This document shows, one piece after another, positions 52,730 to 64,000 of a stretch of 64,000 nucleotides of DNA. The translations under genes were made by a program, and so were the position numbers. The notes under the pieces are model-generated. The model was not told the DNA's origin. It made no database searches and worked only from the letters and a program-made list of their open reading frames with translations. Where the stretch lies: positions 2,909,213-2,973,212 of the forward strand of contig CM119270.1 of assembly GCA_051294375.1 (NCBI GenBank), given 5' to 3'. The DNA is from Paraspadella gotoi (Eukaryota; Animalia; Chaetognatha). Numbering within the stretch: position 1 is the first letter of the stretch; every line of letters begins with the position of its first letter.

Positions 52730-54625
52730 GAAATCCTAACCACCCGCGAGTCTCCCAACTTGTCCTACCCGCTCAAAGTGGTCTGCGCCGCTGGTGCCGG
52801 ATTTCTCGGCGGATTTGTCGGCGTTCCGGCGGACAAGGTCAACGTCAGGATGCAGAACGATATTCGACTTCCGGTTGAGCAGAGGTGGTTGACGAGAGGT
52901 TTGGGGTTTGTTTGTTGTTGAAGGATCTATTAATACTTTAGAATACAAAGGTTTTCAAACGCCGGTGGCCAAACTTTACCTTATTTAGTCATAATTTAGC
53001 TTTGTTTATTTTAAAAATGTAAACCAATATAATCATTCAAGTACCAAGAACTAAGGAAACATATCTGAGTTAAATGTGACTTTTAAATTCGGGAGATAAA
53101 ACTAACTTTTTTTAAAAACTTCTGTTTCGTTTGATATCTGAGTGCAATAATAAAATGCGCAGACAAGTATCCAAGTTGAGAATCGATTTCCTTGTCACAG
53201 TTTTGAGCTTAAGTGGTACAGTTATAGAAGTGATACATTTATATAACTACAAATCGCTGGACGCTAAAACCTCTTCTACTTTCGAGTTTGAAAAGTGAGC
53301 CATGAAACCTTCTAGAGAGTGTACAGCACGGTCAGTCGGTCAGTTTTCAACTTATTGGAGCGGCGATTATTCATAACATCTTTTGTTAGGCCTCAACTCA
53401 TTATCGCAGATGTAATTTTAAATCCTTGCTACGTTTGGCACTTGGCAACTGGCATTTGGCAACTTTTGTCAATTCGGCAACGCACTACCAAATCACCCAT
53501 TCGTACGTTGGTCTTTTCTTCTCACAGGAGAAACTACAAGAACGTTTTCCACGGTCTCTACAAGATCGCGAACACCGAAGGTTTCGTCGGCCTTTTCGGT
53601 GGATCCTTGATGTTCTGCAGGTTTGAAAATTAAACAGGGAAGTCGACCGATTTGATCTCAACGGCTCCGCCTCACCTCTGACTTACCCTCCAGTCGGGCT
53701 CTCGTCATCGCCGTGGGTCAGTTCAGCACCTACGATCAAGTCAAGCAGCTTCTCTTGGCGTCGTCGTCGTCGACGTCGTCGTGGCGACCACACTTCACCG
53801 ACTCCTTGACGACCCACTTGATCTGCAGTTTCGCCGCTGGATCCGTGGCGACCGCGTTGGCGCAACCTTTTGACACTTTGAAGACTCGGATTCAGGCCAG
53901 AAGAGGGCGGGGCGGATTCGTTACAAAGGATTTTGAAAAAAGTTCTTTCAGCGTGAAATCGGTCGCCGTCACGTGATCATGATTCATTTTTCTTTTCTTT
54001 TTCTTTTTTTCTTTAATAAAAACGAAATTAATTTTTTAATAATTTTTTTTTTTGGTCATTAGAAAATTTTTTTCAAGGATTTTATTTATTTGTTTGTTTC
54101 GATTATTTATTTTTTTTTAAGGAAAGTTAAGTCTTCATTTAATTCAATTTTAAACTATAAATCTTGGGAGATAAATTTTAGAAAAACCAATCAAAAAAAT
54201 TAATTTTCAATCTTTTTCTTTTTAATCTTTTCCTTCTTCTTCCATCTCTTCTCTATATTTTCATACCTCTCGCATTTATCATTAATCATTTTTAATTAAT
54301 CATTTATCATTCGAGCGTTAAAACTATTATATTTACGGACAGTCGGACCGACAGACCGACCGAAAAAGCGTCTTATTAAGCCGCGTTTCGCCGGGACTAA
54401 AAAAACCCCCTAATTATAAATTATAAAATTGGACAACAGGCCTCGGCGCCAGGCCAATTCTCCGGATATCGGTCCGTCCTGCGTTTTACCCTTGGAGTGG
54501 GCGTGGCTGGACTCTACAAAGGCTTCCTTCCCGCGTGGATTCGACTCGGGACTCAAACGACAATCATCTTCGTCATTTTCGAGCAGCTGAGGATCAGATT
54601 CGGGAGACGGAAGTTTGAAGATTAA
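52730..54625 (+). CDS. SLC25A10: Mitochondrial dicarboxylate carrier exons 3-6, intact copy: 52730-52884, 53528-53620, 53694-53895 (or 53919), 54440-54625 (stop)
   Basis: EILTTRESPNLSYPLKVVCAAGAGFLGGFVGVPADKVNVRMQNDIRLPVEQR-RNYKNVFHGLYKIANTEGFVGLFGGSLMFCS-RALVIAVGQFSTYDQVKQLLL...DSLTTHLICSFAAGSVATALAQPFDTLKTRIQ-ASAPGQFSGYRSVLRFTLGVGVAGLYKGFLPAWIRLGTQTTIIFVIFEQLRIRFGRRKFED*. Contains the DIC-typical VNVRMQND.LP..QRRNY and GQ...YDQ.KQ motifs; phases consistent. Confidence 0.93.
54337..54404. mobile_element. Short remnant of a HINE-type end in carrier intron 5 (copy at ~47186-47253)
   Basis: (GACC)n followed by aaaaagcgtcttattaagccgcg..gggactaaaaaa, the same layout as 45515-45595 (gaccgaaaagtgagttatagagtcg...gactaaaaa). 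Confidence 0.5.
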
Positions 54626-55142
54626 AAATACAACGGAAGAAAATATTAAGTTTTTTTTGGAAGGTCTTATTTTTATTATATTTTAGTTTTGGTGTACTTT
54701 AGTTAGGTTTTTTTTTTAATGACTATTGCATTTATTTATCAATTTTTTTCTTCGTCCCTGTTTGTGTATTAACTCGAAAATTGTAAATGTAACTTAATTT
54801 ATAGAAGATGCTTACAAAATCTTTGTTTAAAAAGTTAGTCAATTACCGAATTTATAACTGACGATATGAACGATATTTTATATGTAAAATTTTGACTAAT
54901 TATTTCGCCAACAACTGGTTCGATTTACAATTAATAAATGTATCATAAGGAATGAAATGAGACAAAAATAAATTGTTTATTCAATAAATCATTCAATTAA
55001 TAGTATATATTCTAGTCAATCAGTCGATCAAATTATTATCTTCAAAAATCAACCAAAAATCACAAAAATCCATCAAACAAAAATTTCCATCAATTCAATC
55101 AATCAATCAAATCAATAAAACCAATCAATTAATCAATCAATT

Positions 55143-55177
<35 letters not shown>

Positions 55178-55213
55178 CCAAATCCAATTTTCCCATCCCT
55201 TCCTCTTTCCAAG

Positions 55214-56651
55214 ACGACGCCGTCATTCCGACGACGACTTCTCATCGTCCGACTTCTCCAACATCAACAATCCCGAGGAACCTCGTCCAGTCGCCGGCGC
55301 CCCTTCGGGCACGGGCCACGGCCCCCACGGCTCCGCCCCTACCGCCGTGACCCTCGCCGCGCCGCCCAACGCCGCCCCGTCCCGCACCGGCGTCGTGGGC
55401 GCTCAAAACGGCGCCCCGACGCCCGTCGCCGTCATCATCGATCCTTACACTCAATTTCCGGCGACGATGACGTCGAAGAATCATCATCATAATCATCATC
55501 ATCAACATCCCCATCAACAACAACATCATCATCATCATCATTCTTCCCCATCATCCCGTCGACACTCCAACGACTCGTCCGCCAACAAAAGACCATCCAC
55601 GACGACGTCGCGTTTGTCCCGCGACCCCAAGACCAACATTCACCCCAGCAACTTCAACAATAACAACCACATCAACCACAACGGCGCCGTTTATCCACAT
55701 CATCGCGCCGTCTACGCCGCCAACGTCAACAACGTCAACAAAGGCTGCGGCGGCGGCGGCGGCGGCTTCATTCAGCTTCAAAACATCAGAGACCCGAACC
55801 AACCCCTGACCTATCACCATCAGCAACAACCCCATCAACAACAACAACAACAACATCACGATCCTCATCTTCTCGGCCTCAACGACTTGGACGTTTCCTC
55901 GGACACTGAGGACGATGTCGGAGAGAGTCGGTTGACATTTCCCGTTGCGGCGCCGACCAACGCCGTCCTGTCGGCGCCGCGGAGACCCAATCACCCGGGC
56001 GCCGCTTATGCTCAGATCGCGAGGTGCGAACACGACGAAGAGGAGGAGGAGGAGGAGGAGGAGGAGGAAGAAGAAGTAGAGGAAGAGGAGGAATACGACG
56101 ATCCTCCTCCTTCCTACGAAGAAGCGTCGTCTTACTTCGAGACTCCCAACGGACGACTCATTCCGACGACGACGACCACGCCGTTCCTGCAGCAGCAACA
56201 GCAGCAGTTGTTACAGCAGTCGATGCCGCAACAGCAGCAGCCAACGACGATAACGACGACGAAGGATAAACGTCAAATCATCCTCAACGGACCCAACCCT
56301 TTCCTCGTGGCGGCGCTGTCGGACGTGGCCAGAGACGGCGCCCAAAAAGACGCCGAGGATGACGCCGCTAAAGACGTTCGCGACGCCGACGCCGAAGCCA
56401 AAGACGCCGCCGAGGAGGGAGCGGCGTCGCCGACGACGAAAGACGCGGTTTTCATCGACGCCGGGAAGATGGCGTCGCCGTCTGAGACGGAAGAGGCGCC
56501 GGAATCGGCGGAGACGCCCGTGGCGACGACGCCGCTTTTATCGCCGACGCCGAAACGCGGCGACGACGACGACGACGATGACGACGGCGTCGCTGTTCCC
56601 ACTCAACAATTGTTCGAAGTCGAAAAGAAAGAAGAAAACGAAAAGAAATAA
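55214..56651 (+). CDS. Large terminal exon (~478 codons) encoding an intrinsically disordered His/Gln/Glu/Asp-rich tail with PPPSYEEA (PPxY) and NPF motifs; resembles the cytoplasmic tail of a membrane protein
   Basis: Polypyrimidine-aag acceptor at 55213. Phase-2 open frame RRRHSDDDFSSSDFSN... runs without a stop to TAA at 56651; GC3-rich. PPPSYEEA at ~56103-56126, NPF at ~56295-56303, AATAAA shortly after the stop. Confidence 0.85.
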
Positions 56652-56699
56652 AAATAATTGTTTATTAATTATAATTTTTCATTCGCAAAATAAAAAAAT

Positions 56700-56925
56700 G
56701 ACACTTTTTTCCGAAAACGCCCTATTTCTGTTTCTTAATACCTGAACTTAATTTTAATTTAAATATTAAACCCTGCTTTCTTACTTAATCTTTAACCTAA
56801 TACCTAACCTTAGTGACAAATCGCAAAGCTTATCCCTTAACCATATTCCCTAACTTAGTCCCTAACCTTAAAACTGACTTAATTCTGTATTAATCTGAAA
56901 TGGGGCGTTTTTGGAAAATATGGCC
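56700..56925. mobile_element. Small TIR element with CCTAA-like interior, family member 5 (copies at ~49508-49727 and ~61889-62121)
   Basis: Left gacacttttttccgaaaacgccctatttc vs reverse complement of the right end ggccatattttccaaaaacgccccatttc. Confidence 0.7.
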
Positions 56926-57098
56926 AAAAAATTAACTAAAACATGAGATAAAAAGGCAAATAAGAAACTCAACTTAAGATTCTATCTGAATTCTCTTTTT
57001 CTATTGTTAGTATCTCGTGGCAACTTCCATTTTGGATAATGTATAATTTCCTTCTTTTTTTGAAATATCAATAATGACTAGGTCAAAATATCGTGTAA

Positions 57099-57188
<90 letters not shown>

Positions 57189-60100
57189 ATTAGCCTGTCT
57201 TAATTCCTCCCCGCTCCTATTCTTTCTTTTAATCGTTTTACGAAACACATAAAAGTTTTTATTGTTAATGTCGTCAAGCGACGACCGCGATAGCGATTCG
57301 GGATTGGAGACTTTATTTCAGTTCCAATATTTGTACCCGAGACTTACTAATTGAATCCGCTACTGGTTTTACTTCTTGGTTGTTCCGATTTTTTTTCCAG
57401 ATTTTACTACTTGGAAATAATTGTACTTTTATGAAAGGATGATAACATACTGCGCTGTATGGCATTCTACCCCTTCCCTTTCTGATGATAACATACTGCT
57501 CTGTATGGCATTCTAGCCCTTCCCTCCGCCCCATCTCTTTCTCTCTCTCTCTCTCTCCTTCTCCCCCCCCCCCTACATTTTTATTTCAATTACGAAATTA
57601 CAATCAAGAGCATGATTTATTAAAACGGTGTTTTAGAAACAAATGTAATCCGTCTTAAATCTATCATAAAAAAAAAACAAAACAAAAAAAAACAAAAAAT
57701 GCGGTGTTTATTTTTTTTTTTTCCTTTTATCCAATCTGTATTTGTATATTTCCGCCCTCCAACAATTTTGAAACTTTGTAGATTAAATCAAAACTCGTAA
57801 GAATCCCAGCTTCCCCACTTTTAAAAAAAAGAAAATGGTGTACAAGTTACAAGGTTCGTCCCCCAATTATGAATTATACATATACGAAACTAACTGGATG
57901 GGTGTTGATTGTCTCTGTAATTGTCTATACGTAACCCGTGTTTCGATATAGGAGATATTTAGTATTTCAATTTTTTTTTTCGCGCTTTGATAAATGGAAT
58001 TGAAAATCTTGGTTGAATTAAAATAAAAATTATGAAAATTAATATATTTTGATCACTTTATTCTCACGTTTTTTGAGTCAGCTCATCGTGAGAAAACGTT
58101 AAACATATGTTTAATGTATGATTCTAAGAAAAGCGTTTAATAAACTAGACAGAGGGTCCCCGACTGAGAATTTGCCGGCCAGCATGTTAGGGAATTCTGC
58201 AAAAGAATGAATTGGTAAACACCAACATGAAAATTATCCTATATTTTATAAATAAGCTATCTTGCCTCCTGACTTGGACAGGCTTTGGTGTTTTCAGGCC
58301 TTCATCACTCTTACATGAAAATAAACATAGGGTCCCTGAAGCTTTCTAATCAAGACTCTTTCAACAGTTCGTTTATTCACTCCCAGATACCTGGCTCTCC
58401 CTATCAATAAGTGGATTAATATTCAAAATGTATTCAATTGTATGAAAAGACCACTCCCTTAAGTATTAGATCGGGAATACTTATTTGTCTCCGCATTAGC
58501 ATCAAATAAACAGCGAGCGAATTTTAATGAAAATTGGACAACCAAATAAAAATATCCTTCATCTTATAAATAAGCTATCTTGCGCCCTGACTTTGCAGGC
58601 TTTGGTGTTTCAGGCCTCCATCACTCTTACAAGATAATGACATAGCAGGTCCCCTGCAAGCTTCAATCAGACTCTTGTCACGAGTCTCGTTTATTACTCC
58701 CAGATACCTGCTTCCTATCAGAAGTGGATAAATATTTCAAAGAATTTTCATGTAATGAAAAAGACCACTCCCTAAGTTATAGACTAACCATTCAAAGTCA
58801 AGAATAATGATTAAATGTTACATATAGTTGGTACCAATTTCTCGAAGGACCAAGAAGTATTCGTTAGACAGATAGAGAGAGAGCCTCGATTGAGCGCTTG
58901 ATGGGTCCGGTTATCTTGAAAGAGAGATTGAGTCACTAAGATACGGTTAAACCCCCATAGCGTGACCAAAGCAAGTAACAATATACATCTTAGGTAGATC
59001 TTAGTATGAAATAGTTTTCAATTATAGACCAACTTGCCATAAGCAAGATCATTTTACGATGACGTTAAAAGAGATCATAGAATATTTTTCCTTCTTTTTC
59101 GTATAAAAGAAAAAAAAAAAAAAAATTAAAATAAAAAAAAATTTCATATCTCGAAACTTCCTAGAAAAAATCCTTTTTAGGAGATTAGATGCCAGTACAT
59201 GACAACCGTCTGAAATCTTTGATTCCTATTAGTATCAAGCTGATATAAACAACAGAAAATTAATAAATTATCAATGATTAATTGCGTTTCAAGTCTCTGA
59301 GCCTTCGTCAGTGTCGCTCGTTTATGTATTAGGTTTTTTACCCAAATTCTTTCGTCACATCAACACGCTATTCGTCTTCTATAAAATAGTGGTGCCCGCC
59401 AAACATTTATCAGAATTCTTTTCAACCTGTTTCTGATTGAAAAAAAAAACCGACGGCTGAAATGGCGGCGTAATTTTTTAAAATTAATTTAAATGCAATC
59501 ATTATATGTAAAAAAAAATGGAGCTAAAGTATTTCATAATCTCGCCCAACATTAATTGAAAAATAAGAATGTAAACATCGCGTTAGTTTGTTTTAAAGTT
59601 GAGTTTTTCGATTTTTTCGTCGAAAAACAAACAGAACTGATTAGCTGTAGCAAAACTGTTTGTCACAGACTTTTGTAAACGACCAAATTGGTGAGCAAAA
59701 GAAGGAAGTCACCAGCAAAGGTTAACGAAACCGAACAAGAATGACGAAAAGAATTTTTAATAAAGTTTTCGCCCTTTTTTAACAAAAGTCTGTTGACAAA
59801 CAGTTTTGCATACACTAACAGTTTCTGTTTGTTTTTCGACTGAAAAAAGCGCAAAAACCTCAACTTTAAAACAAACTAACGCGAGTTTACATTCTATTTT
59901 CAATTAATGTTGGGCGAGATTATGAAATACTTTAGCTCCATTTTTTTTTACATATAATGATTGCATTTAAATTAATTTTAAAAAATAGCGCCGCCATTTC
60001 AGCCGTCGGTTTTTTTTCAAATCAGAAACAGGTTGAAAAGAATTCTGAAAATTGTTTGGCGGGCACCACTTATTATATGAAGACGAATAGCGTGTTGATG

Positions 60101-61652
60101 TGACGAAAAGAATTTGGGTAAAAAACCTAATACATAAACGAGCGACACTGACGAAGGCTCAGAGACTTGAAACGCAATTAATCATTGATAATTTATTAAT
60201 TTCTGTTGTTATATCAGCTCTGATTACTATCGGACATCAAGACGCGGTTGTCATGTACTGCATCTAATCTCCTAAAAAGAATCTAGAAGTTCGAGATATG
60301 AAAAGTTTCTCATCTCTTTATTACACGAAAAAGAAAGGAAAAATATCTATGATCTCTTTTAACGTCATCGTAAAATGATCTTGCTTATGGCAACAGTTGT
60401 CTAATAGGAAAAACTATTTCATACCTAAGATCTACTAAGATGTATATTGTTACTTGCTTTGGTCAGGCATATGGCGGTTGTAACCGTATCTTAGTGACTC
60501 AATCCTCTGTCAAGATAACCGAGACCATCAAGCTCTCAATCGAGGCTCTCTCTCTCTGTCTAAGATATCGGTCGAGATTGGTAGCAACATATGTAACATT
60601 TATCATTAATAATTCAATGAAAGCAAGCTATCATTGCTCTGTTTATAAACATTGTCTTAGTCATCAGAATACTATTAAACATTGTTTAAGCCTTTCCTCA
60701 CGAATGAGCTGATGATCAAAAAACGTGATGAATAAAGTGAATCAAAATGATATTAATTTTCATAATTTTATTTTAATTCACCAAGATTTTTCAAATTACC
60801 ATTTATCAAGCTCGAAAAAAAAAAATTGAAAAAAATAAACTTAAAAATTAAATCTCCTAATATCGAAAACGGGTTACGTATGAGACAATTACAGAGACAA
60901 ATCAAACACCCATCCAGTTAGTTCGTATATGTATAATTCATAATTGGGGGACGAAAACTCTTGTAACTTGTACAAACCATTTCTTTTTTAAAAAGTGGGG
61001 AAAGCTGGGAATTCTTACGAGTTTTGATTTAATCTAACAAAGTTCAAAATTGTTGGAGGGCGGAAATATAACAAATACAAGGATGGATAAAAGGAAGAAA
61101 AAAAATAAAACACCGCATTTTTTGTTGTTTTTTTTTTTGTTTTTTGTTTTTTTATGATAGATTTAAGAAACAAGATTAGCATTGTCCGTAAAACAACCGT
61201 TTTATTAAATCATGCTCTTGATTGTAATTCGTAATTGAAAAATAAAAATGCTAGGGGGGGGGGGGAGAAAAGGTAGAGAGAGAGAGAGAGAAATGAGAAT
61301 GGGGGGGGGAGAAGGGCTAGAATGCCAATAACAGAGCATGTATGTTATCATCAGAAAGGGGAAGGGGTAGAATGCATAAGCGCAGTAATGTTATCATCCT
61401 TCATAAAGAGTAGCAATTATTTCCAAGTAGTAAAATCATGGAAATCGAACAGCTAAGAAGGTAAAACCAGTAGCGGATTCAATTAGTAAGTCTCGGGTAC
61501 AAATATTGGAACCTGAAATAAAAGTCTGCCAATCCCGAATCGCTATCGCGGATCGTCGCTTGACGACATTAAAACAATAAAACTTTTATGTGTTTCGTAA
61601 AACGATTAAAAGAAAGAAATAGGAGCGGGGAGGAATTAAGACAGGCTAATCC

Positions 61653-61711
<59 letters not shown>

Positions 61712-62175
61712 TTACACGATATTTTGACGCTATGTCATTATTGATATTTCAAAAAAAGAAGAAATTATTACATTATCCTCAAAAATGGAAGTTGCCACGA
61801 GATACTAAACAATAGAAAAAGAGATTCAGATAGAATATTAAGTTGAGTTTCTTATTTGCGCTTTTTATCTCATGTTTTAGTTATTTTTGGCCATATTTTC
61901 CAAAAACGCCCCATTTTCAGATTAATACAGAATTAAGTCAGTTTTAAAGGTTAGGGACTAAGTTAGGGAATATGGTTAAGGGATAAGCTTTGCGATTTGT
62001 CACTAAGGTAGGTATTATGTTAAGATTTAAGTAAGAAAGGCATGGGTTTAATATTTAAATTAAATTAAAGTTCAGGTATGTTAAGAAAGCAGAAATATGG
62101 GCGTTTTCGGAAAAAAGTGTCATTTTTTTATTTTGCGAATGAAAAATTATAATTAATAAAACAATTATTTTTATT

Positions 62176-63706
62176 TCTTTTCGTTTTCCATTACTTTTCT
62201 TTCGACTTCGGGACAATTGTTGAGTGGGACAGAGACCGCGGTTCGTCATCGTCGTCGTCGTGCGTCGCCGCGTTCGGCGTCGCGATAAAAAGCGGCGTCG
62301 TCGGCCACGGGCGTCTCCGCCGATTCCAGCGCGCCTTCTTCCGTCTCAAGACGCGCGACCGCCATTCTTCCCGGGCGTCGATGAAAACCAGCGTCTTTCG
62401 TCGTCCGGCGACGCCGCTCCCTCCTCCGGCGGCGTCTTTGGCTTGCGGCATCGGCCGTCGGCGTCGCGAACGTCTTTTAGCGGCGTCATCCTCGGCGTCT
62501 TTTTGGGCGCCGTCTCTGGCCACAGTCCGACAGCGCCGCCACGAGTAAGGGTTGGGTCCGTTGAGGATGATTTGACGTTTATCCTTCGTCGTCGTTATCC
62601 GTCGTTGGCTGCTGCTGTTGCGGCATCGACCCTGCTGATAAACAACTGCTGCTGTTGGCTGGCTTGGCAGGAACGGCGTTGGTCGTCGTCGTCGAAAATG
62701 AGTCGTCCGTTTGGAGTTCGAAGTAAGACGGAACGCTTTCTTTCGTAGGAAAGGAGGAAGGATGCGTCGTATTCGCTCCTCTTCACTCTACTTCTTCTTC
62801 CTCCTCCTCCTCCTCCTCTCTTCCTCCTCCTCCTCTTCGTCGTGTTCGCACCTGCGATCTGAGCATAGCGGCGCCCGCGGGTGAATTGAGTCTCCGCGGC
62901 GGCGACAGGACGGGCGTTGGTGCGGCGCCGCAACGGGAAATGTCAACCGACTCTCTCCGACAATCGTCCTTCAGTGTCCGAGGAAAACGTCCAAGCGTTG
63001 AGGCCCGAGAAAGATGAGGATCGTGATGTTGTTGTTGTTGTTGTTGAATGGGATTGTTGGCTGAATGGTGATAGGTCAGGGGTTGGTTTCGGGTCTCTGA
63101 GTTTTGAAGCGTGAATGGAAGCGCCGCCGCCGCCGCCAGCAAACCCTTTGTTGACGTTTGTTGACCGTTTGGCGGCCGTTAGACGGCGCGATGATGTGGA
63201 TAAAACGGCGGCCGTTGTGGTTGATGTGGTTGTTATTGGTTGTAAGTTGCTGGGGTGAATGTTGGTCTTGGGGTCGCGGACAAACGCGAGCGTCCGTCGT
63301 GGATGGTCTTCTTGGTTGCGGACGAGTCGTTGGAGTGTTCGACGGGATGAAATGGGGAAGAATGATGATGATGATGATGTTGTTGTTGATGGGATGTTGA
63401 TGATGATGATTATTGATGATGATTCCTTCGACGTCATCGTCGCCGGAAATTGAGTGTAAGGATCGATGATGACGGCGACGGGCGTCGGGCACGCCGTTTT
63501 TGAGCGCCCCACCGAAACGCCGGGCGGGACGGGGCGGCCGTTGGGCGGCGCGGCGAGGTCAGCGGCGGTAGGGGCGGCAGCCGTGGGCCGTGGCCCGTGG
63601 CCGCAGAAGGGGCGCCGGCGAACTGGGACGAAAAGGTTCTCGGGAATTGTTGCATGTTGGAGAAGTCGGACGATGAAGAAGTCGTCGTCGGATACCGGCG
63701 TCGTCT
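62176..63706 (-). pseudogene. Inverted, heavily frameshifted third copy of the low-complexity terminal exon
   Basis: Fragments such as PTPVAVIIDPYTQFPATMTSK, RDPKTNIHPSN and ARDGAQKDAEDDAAK appear in different minus-strand frames. Confidence 0.8.
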
Positions 63707-64000
63707 TTGGAAAGAGGAAAAGGGATGGGAAAAAATTGGATTTGGTTTGATTGATTGATTGATTGGTTGATTGATTTATTCGGTTTTATTTGATTTGATT
63801 GATTTGATTGAATTGGTGGAAATTTTGTTTGATGGATTTTTTGTTTAAATTGATTGATTTTTGAAGAATAACAATGTTGATCGACTGTTGACCTCGAATA
63901 TATACTAGTTAATTACATTGAATGATTTATTGAAATAAACAAATTTATTTTTGTCTCATTTCATTCCTTATGATACATTTATTAAATTGTTAGATCGAAC

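Larger units (their letters stand above)
52374..59640. repeat. Direct duplicate of ~42580-52355 (minus the HINE): second haplotype or segmental duplication
   Basis: Starts mid exon 2 (cacggcgaggtggttcatc) and is colinear through carrier exons 3-6, the orphan exon and the downstream DNA. Confidence 0.93.
54918..64000. repeat. Giant fold-back inverted duplication, arms ~54918-59677 and ~59781-64000 (runs off the window); probable chimeric-read artefact
   Basis: The right arm is the insertion-rich reverse complement of the left, with a ~100-bp unalignable apex. Confidence 0.93.

Overview
Eukaryotic DNA, most likely an invertebrate animal, from a gappy and partly unpolished assembly. It has AT-rich introns, GC/CpG-rich exons, very dense (CT)n/(GAC)n/(TCAA)n/(AAAG)n microsatellites and many N-gaps. 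Almost all ORFs in the supplied track are microsatellite or gap artefacts; the real genes are spliced and were rebuilt by hand from GT/AG sites and reading phase. Supported content: (1) a 5'-truncated non-LTR retrotransposon RT (~330-2148); (2) a 4-exon 3' portion of an unrecognised gene (23454-25019); (3) a gene for a putative secreted precursor with a signal peptide and an RWKR furin-type site (27465-31116); (4) a 6-exon mitochondrial dicarboxylate carrier, SLC25A10-like (40900-54625), with exons 3-6 present twice; (5) a 1.4-kb orphan terminal exon encoding a low-complexity tail with PPxY and NPF motifs, ~590 bp after the carrier stop; (6) a 2.7-kb Helentron/DINE-1-like (HINE) element whose empty site is visible in the second copy of the locus; (7) a dispersed small TIR element family with telomere-like interiors. 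Two large fold-back palindromes (apices ~29.1 kb and ~59.7 kb) and several gap-flanking duplications look like long-read or amplification artefacts. The most interesting leads are the orphan exon (nesting, operon or chimeric splicing), unusually relaxed splice-site usage including a probable GC donor, the filled/empty HINE site, and the orphan secreted precursor. No prokaryotic systems, CRISPR arrays, tRNA or rRNA genes were seen.
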